A DNA stretch of 11,504 nt from an uncultured bacterium (GTDB lineage Bacteria > Hydrothermota > UBA3073 > NMUJ01): contig CBFDTI010000040.1 in assembly GCA_965612795.1 (NCBI GenBank), forward strand, positions 1 through 11,504, given 5' to 3'. Position numbers and translations under genes: made by a program. Below, piece by piece: positions 7,053 to 11,504 of this stretch. Below the pieces are notes generated by a model. The model saw nothing but the letters and a program-made list of their open reading frames with translations. It was not told the DNA's origin and did no database searches. Position 1 is the stretch's first letter. The number at the start of each line of letters is the position of its first letter.

Positions 7053-7946
7053 ATGCGTAGATTTATATGGTTGTTGGTTGTACCTACGATAATCTGGGCC
7101 CAGTATAAGCGACATGGCAGTACTGCGGAACAGTTCCTACGGATAGGTATAGATGCACGTGCATTGGGTATGGGTGAAGCTGTAGTTGCAGCAGTTGAAG
7201 ACGTAAGTGCGGTATTCTATAATCCTGGTGCATTGGGTAGGTTAGAAAGTAAGTGGATAGTCCTCACACATACAAACTGGGTGGCACCCGGTATCTACTA
7301 CGATTTTGGCGCTATAGCGTTACCGTATGCGCGGGTGGGTACATTTACGTTGTTCTTTGGTAGCTTATATACGGATGCTATGAAGGTGCGCGATCCATTA
7401 CATCCATATGGTACGGGTGAGGAATTCTACGTCGGTAAATACGTGGCAGGTATCGGTTATTCACGTAAGTTGACAGATCGGGCGAGCATGGGTGTGAACC
7501 TTAAGCTCGTCAATTCATACCTTATGGATTACTCGGTAACAACGTGGGCGGTGGATGTAGGTACGTATTTCCTTACAGGATGGCATGATGTGGTATTGGG
7601 TGTCACGATACAGAATTTTGGTGGCCAAGTGACGTATATTACGGAGCAGTACCCGATACCTACGATGTACAATATTGGGGTAGCGATGCCGTTTTGGCAA
7701 AATAAAGGGTTGTTAGGTGTGTCATTGGTTAAACCACCAGATGGACCTGAGAAGCTACATACAGGGGTTGAGATAAAGGTACATCCTATGCTTACGATTA
7801 GGATGGGTTACAAGCTGTTTTATGATAGTGAAGACTATTCTGCGGGGTTGGGTTTCCACATTGGGAAGCTTAGCTTAGATTATGCGTATTCACATTTCAA
7901 ATATTTGAACCCTGAGCATAGGGTGACAGTGAAACTAAACTGGTAA
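7053..7946 (+). CDS. PorV/PorQ family (UPF0164-like) outer-membrane beta-barrel protein
   Basis: Signal peptide ...IIWA|Q. Family signature FLRIGIDARALGMGEA...DVSAVFYNPGAL, then amphipathic beta strands (GVNLK, AVDVG, IQNFG, LDYAY) and a terminal aromatic W. Confidence 0.93.
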   Translation: MRRFIWLLVVPTIIWAQYKRHGSTAEQFLRIGIDARALGMGEAVVAAVEDVSAVFYNPGALGRLESKWIVLTHTNWVAPGIYYDFGAIALPYARVGTFTLFFGSLYTDAMKVRDPLHPYGTGEEFYVGKYVAGIGYSRKLTDRASMGVNLKLVNSYLMDYSVTTWAVDVGTYFLTGWHDVVLGVTIQNFGGQVTYITEQYPIPTMYNIGVAMPFWQNKGLLGVSLVKPPDGPEKLHTGVEIKVHPMLTIRMGYKLFYDSEDYSAGLGFHIGKLSLDYAYSHFKYLNPEHRVTVKLNW

Positions 7947-8822
7947 TTACACGGTTTGTAAATGCTGAAGTATACCGAGGCTGAGCGAGTTGAGTTTAGT
8001 TTCCTCGTCGTCTGCACGTGATAGCATTACACAGGGTTTGGTTGTACCAATTATCAAGCCGCCAACTTTGGCACCACCGAGATAGAGCAACCCCTTAGCT
8101 AAGATATTGCCGGTGGCAACATCGGGTACAACCAGTATGTCAGCATCCCCTATGAAGTCGTTTAATATGCCTTTCTTTTCGCCGGCTTCTTTTGATACAG
8201 CTAAGTCGAGTGCGAGTGGACCTTCGACTTCGGCGGGCGCGAACTCACCATGTTCACCCATAACTGCGAGCTCAGCAGCTTCTAAGGTTTCTGGCATTTT
8301 GGGGTTGATGGTCTCAACAGCTGCAAGTACGGCTACCTTGGGGTGCTCTACACCTAATACATTATGTACAAATGAGACGGCGTTTTTGATAATCTGTACC
8401 TTATCTTCGAAGCTGGGCTTGATCACCATACCACCATCTGTTATTGCAAGTAACTTGTGGTAGTAAGGGCACTCGAGTATCGCTATATGTGACAGGAGAG
8501 GGGCTCCCTTGATACCGTGTTCTTTGTCAAGTACGGACTTAAGGAATACCGATGTGGGTAGCTTGCCTTTCATTAACATATCAGCATCACCATTACGTAC
8601 GAGTGAGGCTGCCTTAAGTGATGCCTCTACCGCAGTATGGGCAGGGATAACCTTGTAACCATCGGGCAACTGTGATGGATCGCCTACTAATATCGGGATG
8701 ACATATTCATGGACCAGAGCAATGCTGTCGAGGCTGGTACGGTCAGGTACAGGTATTGCCACCTTTATTTGTGGGGCTCTATCTTTTATGAATTCCCACA
8801 CATCGTTGAAGCTCGTTATCAT
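7947..8822 (-). CDS. ptb: Phosphate butyryltransferase / phosphate acyltransferase (PTA_PTB family)
   Basis: Motifs ADMLMKGKLPT, LLSH, ITDGGM, PKVAVLAAVETINPKMPET, VEGPLALDLAVS, ADILVVPD...GNILAK, LSRAD. SD AGGGAGGT lies inside the upstream gene; ATGA overlap at 8819-8822. Confidence 0.92.
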   Translation of the reverse strand: MITSFNDVWEFIKDRAPQIKVAIPVPDRTSLDSIALVHEYVIPILVGDPSQLPDGYKVIPAHTAVEASLKAASLVRNGDADMLMKGKLPTSVFLKSVLDKEHGIKGAPLLSHIAILECPYYHKLLAITDGGMVIKPSFEDKVQIIKNAVSFVHNVLGVEHPKVAVLAAVETINPKMPETLEAAELAVMGEHGEFAPAEVEGPLALDLAVSKEAGEKKGILNDFIGDADILVVPDVATGNILAKGLLYLGGAKVGGLIIGTTKPCVMLSRADDEETKLNSLSLGILQHLQTV

Positions 8823-9955
8823 ACTACTGATACCTCCCTTTGGATGGTACCCTCTTCAAACCTCCTGTAGCTGAATGCATCGATGAACTCGTTACGCTTA
8901 CCATCGGTTATGTAATCTGCGAGCAGCTTCGAACTTATAGGGCCGAGCATAAACCCGTGACCACTGAACCCCACTATCTGATAGTAACCATCAACACCGT
9001 TCATATCGCCCATTATGTGTTGTGAATCGGGTGACATGAGATATAAGCCAGCCCATTGGCGGATGATACGTACATCTTTGAGTATAGGCATAGCTTTGGC
9101 AAGTTTGTGGCTGAACTCTATGAGAAAGTGTAAACTGGACCGATGGTTGATACCGGGTGGTTCATCGGGGTTACCCATACCGCCGACTATACCGCCGTTA
9201 TGTTCTTGACGAAAGTAATAGCCGCCATCGAACGATATTATGAGTGGGTCAAAGAAGTGTTCAACCGGCTCGGTCACCAGTATCTCGTGTCGGTAGGGGG
9301 TGGTGGGTAACTCGATACCTACCATCTTAGCGATCACATTTGCCCATCCGCCAGCAGCATTGATCAAAATCGGTGTAACTACAGTATCATGAGGTGTTGA
9401 TATTTCGTAACATGTGCCTTTACGGTTTATGGATTGTACCTCACAGTATTCCCATAGTTCGGTACCTAATGTTTGGGCTGCTTTCGCATATGCGAAGACG
9501 GTTTTGAATGGATTAGCATGGCCATCTGTGGGGCAATAGGTTGCGAGTATAACACCGTCGGGGTTAAACTGTGGTACTATAGACTTTATCTCAGCGGGTT
9601 TGAGTAGTTCAACTTCCAGCCCCAGCTTACGCTGTAACTCAACATTCTTACGTGCTTGTTGGGCAAATTCCTCGGTATAGACTGGTATCAGGTAGCCACC
9701 TGAATGCCACTCGATATCATAACCGAGTTCGTCCGATAGGTTGGCGAATATTTCACGTCCTAACATGGCAAGTTTGATGTTAATCTCTGTCGACCATTGT
9801 TGACGTACTCCGCCACCACATCTGCCGGTGGCACCACTACCTAAATAGTTACGCTCGATGAGTAACACATTACGCATACCGTTACGTGCTAAATAATAGA
9901 GGAGTGATACACCTACGATACCGCCACCAATGATAACGGCATCCTTTGTTGTCAT
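8819..9955 (-). CDS. FAD-dependent oxidoreductase, DAO family (sarcosine oxidase beta / dye-linked L-proline dehydrogenase beta subunit-like)
   Basis: Rossmann motif DAVIIGGGIVG, plus GSGATGRCGGGVRQQ, DGHANPF, NAAGGWA, RQWAGLY, PD and GFSGHGFMLGP. The ORF track starts at 9979. ATG 9955 (MTTKDAV) is preferred because it fits the family N-terminus and 9979 lies inside the predicted promoter spacer. Confidence 0.92.
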   Translation of the reverse strand: MTTKDAVIIGGGIVGVSLLYYLARNGMRNVLLIERNYLGSGATGRCGGGVRQQWSTEINIKLAMLGREIFANLSDELGYDIEWHSGGYLIPVYTEEFAQQARKNVELQRKLGLEVELLKPAEIKSIVPQFNPDGVILATYCPTDGHANPFKTVFAYAKAAQTLGTELWEYCEVQSINRKGTCYEISTPHDTVVTPILINAAGGWANVIAKMVGIELPTTPYRHEILVTEPVEHFFDPLIISFDGGYYFRQEHNGGIVGGMGNPDEPPGINHRSSLHFLIEFSHKLAKAMPILKDVRIIRQWAGLYLMSPDSQHIMGDMNGVDGYYQIVGFSGHGFMLGPISSKLLADYITDGKRNEFIDAFSYRRFEEGTIQREVSVV

Positions 9956-9959
9956 CGAT

Positions 9960-9989
9960 AAAATAATAAGGTAAGCCATGTAATGTCAA
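9960..9989 (-). promoter_or_regulatory. Putative sigma70-type promoter for the oxidoreductase-ptb operon
   Basis: Minus strand reads TTGACA (9989-9984), then TATTAT at 15 nt spacing (9968-9963) or TATTTT at 18 nt spacing (9965-9960). The -35 is perfect; the -10 and spacing are suboptimal. Confidence 0.55.
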
Positions 9990-10017
9990 TTGACAGCACA
10001 ACAGGTAAAGTTATAAT
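9990..10017 (+). promoter_or_regulatory. Consensus sigma70 promoter for the HAD gene
   Basis: TTGACA (9990-9995), 16 nt spacer, TATAAT (10012-10017), ending 14 nt before ATG 10032. Confidence 0.85.
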
Positions 10018-10031
10018 CGAATTCTATATCG

Positions 10032-10700
10032 ATGATACGTGCGATAATATTCGATATGGACGGTACATTGGTGCATTATCCTGAACCACCTTTTTACAGT
10101 AGCTGGGATGCGTTGGGTAGGGTGTTGGGTGACGATCGTTGGTATAAGGTACGTGATAAGTATCTCAAACGCATGGAGCACGAGAAGTGTGAAGAAGTTT
10201 ACAACGCATGGTTCTACGAACAGGTATCGTTACTTAAGGGGCTATCCGTTGATAAGGCGATCTCTGCATTGCTACCACCACCGTATACGAAGGGGGTGAA
10301 GGAATTCTGTAAGTCGTTACCAGAAGATGTAATTACGGGGATATTGACCACGGGGTTGGGGTTGGTTGCAGATTATATAAGCGAAGAGCTGGGGTTTAAT
10401 TTCTACGTGGCGAACGAGCTTGAGGTTAAAGATGGCAAATTTACCGGTAAGGGATACGTGAGGTTGGGGTTATTCGATAAGTTGAGTGTATTAATGGCGC
10501 TGCTACAGAAATATCATATAGCGCCAGAAGAGACGTGTTTTGTGGGAGATAATACAAATGATTTGCCAATTTTTGATCTGGTAGGCTTACCGGTGGGGTT
10601 TAACCCTAAATCACCGGCAGTAACCAATAAAATAAAAGAACGTAAAGGTGTTATAATACATCACTGGTACGAGTTACGCGAGTTTGTATTTCCTAAGTGA
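10032..10700 (+). CDS. HAD-superfamily (IB) phosphatase, phosphoserine phosphatase SerB-like
   Basis: Motif I IIFDMDGTLV, motif II ILTTG, ANELEVKDGKFTG, motif III Lys (FDK), motif IV FVGDNTND. Substrate cannot be assigned from sequence. Confidence 0.9.
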   Translation: MIRAIIFDMDGTLVHYPEPPFYSSWDALGRVLGDDRWYKVRDKYLKRMEHEKCEEVYNAWFYEQVSLLKGLSVDKAISALLPPPYTKGVKEFCKSLPEDVITGILTTGLGLVADYISEELGFNFYVANELEVKDGKFTGKGYVRLGLFDKLSVLMALLQKYHIAPEETCFVGDNTNDLPIFDLVGLPVGFNPKSPAVTNKIKERKGVIIHHWYELREFVFPK

Positions 10701-10704
10701 AGGG

Positions 10705-10734
10705 ACGGGGGTGAAGTTTATTATCCACCCCCGT
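10705..10734. terminator. GC-rich hairpin between convergent genes; possible bidirectional terminator
   Basis: ACGGGGGTG (10705-10713) pairs with CACCCCCGT (10726-10734) around a 12-nt loop, within the 40-nt convergent gap. No clear U-tract on either strand. Confidence 0.65.
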
Positions 10735-10740
10735 TAAGGG

Positions 10741-11502
10741 CTACTCGCTGGACTTGATGTTAGGTGATAGGTGCGTCGGTTGATGATAGTGTTTCGTAAC
10801 TGTGATTTCTTTACCAAGTATGAATTTTACAATCCGTGGCAATAATAATCCAACGGTTTGTTCTGGTAACCTTTCGTAACAATATTCGAGTGGTTGCCCA
10901 GTTACTAAAACCCAACCTAACCCATACGAATATAACACAAGGGTTGGTTTCTGTGTCTGTACCCCATACGTGAATATTTGTGCACCTTCTGGTAAGTTAG
11001 AGAAGGTTTCGTGGCTCGCATATGTACCATAAAGTGTGTCGGGTAGACCTTGCAATAACTCGTAATCTGGGTTTGCAAGGTAGTTGTAATAATCGTACAC
11101 ATATACAGGGTCTACAGTTACACCACCTGGAAATGTTATACCAGCATCAAGTATGGAACCGCTATTCCAGCCATGGTCACAGGCTTCCCAGAACATTATA
11201 CCACCAGCTAACACGAAGTCGTTAAATTTTTGTTGGTTAGCAGCATATGCGTTGTAGAAGGATTGGGGTTGATCGTTCGCGATGATGACGAGATCCCTAC
11301 CAGGTGTGAGGGTGACGGTATCGAAAGCTGCGGAGCCCAATATCTCATATTCGTCTTCACCTGTACCTGGTGTGAACCCCTCTCTTGCAAGCATACTATC
11401 CATAGCGTATGAGTCCCATGGTAAGGCGTCACGAAATAGTTTGATGTGGTTCGCAGCCCCCTGTGCGGCAGGGTTAAGCTGTATGTTTAGGGTAAACTCT
11501 CC
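10741..11502 (-). CDS. Hypothetical protein, 5'-truncated by the window edge; C-terminal alpha/beta (class I GAT-like) domain, likely part of a larger exported protein
   Basis: The ORF track gives 10741..11403, but the frame continues without a stop to the window end: GEFTLNIQLNPAAQGAANHIKLFRDALPWDSYA-MDSML... The pattern DLVIIANDQ...FVLAGG...YGLGWVLVTGQPLE suggests a GAT-like fold. Confidence 0.8.
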   Translation of the reverse strand, partial: GEFTLNIQLNPAAQGAANHIKLFRDALPWDSYAMDSMLAREGFTPGTGEDEYEILGSAAFDTVTLTPGRDLVIIANDQPQSFYNAYAANQQKFNDFVLAGGIMFWEACDHGWNSGSILDAGITFPGGVTVDPVYVYDYYNYLANPDYELLQGLPDTLYGTYASHETFSNLPEGAQIFTYGVQTQKPTLVLYSYGLGWVLVTGQPLEYCYERLPEQTVGLLLPRIVKFILGKEITVTKHYHQPTHLSPNIKSSE

Positions 11503-11504
11503 TG

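Noticed and set aside
4849..7700. Short minus-strand ORFs (94, 77, 91 and 61 aa)
   Set aside because: Antisense to the operon genes with no supporting signals.
8107..9209. Plus-strand ORFs of 118, 61 and 64 aa
   Set aside because: Antisense shadows of ptb and the oxidoreductase; Ser/Ala-rich or featureless.
9952..10035. 9-bp inverted repeats as ends of an invertible promoter or MITE
   Set aside because: The repeats are short and include the start codons, no recombinase or transposase is in the window, and no target duplication is visible.
10032..10700. Assigning the symbol serB
   Set aside because: HAD-IB motifs are clear, but motif II (LTTG) and the cap region diverge from what I recall of SerB, so substrate specificity is unsupported.
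10108..11432. Short alternative-frame ORFs in the HAD gene and the last gene
   Set aside because: Overlap better-supported CDSs and show no motifs.

Overview
Gene-dense bacterial window with no RNA genes, CRISPR array or mobile element that I can support. The left 7.9 kb is a tightly packed five-gene + strand cell-surface operon: a 5'-truncated DUF4382-like protein with an Asp-Thr-rich insertion, a multidomain lipoprotein, a TonB-dependent receptor, a secreted protein with a T9SS type A-like C-terminal domain (CTD), and a PorV/PorQ-family beta-barrel. It has no SusD. It converges with zero gap on a - strand pair: an FAD oxidoreductase of the sarcosine oxidase beta / dye-linked proline dehydrogenase beta family and a phosphate butyryltransferase. 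That pair shares a symmetric divergent sigma70-type promoter (palindrome TGTCAATTGACA) with a SerB-like HAD phosphatase. A hairpin and a 5'-truncated - strand hypothetical gene end the window. T9SS-like parts together with Shine-Dalgarno use and a canonical TTGACA/TATAAT promoter suggest an FCB-group bacterium outside Bacteroidia (inference). The best candidate for a poorly described system is the SusD-less lipoprotein-TBDR-CTD protein-PorV cassette. All family calls come from motif recognition by eye; no database searches were run.
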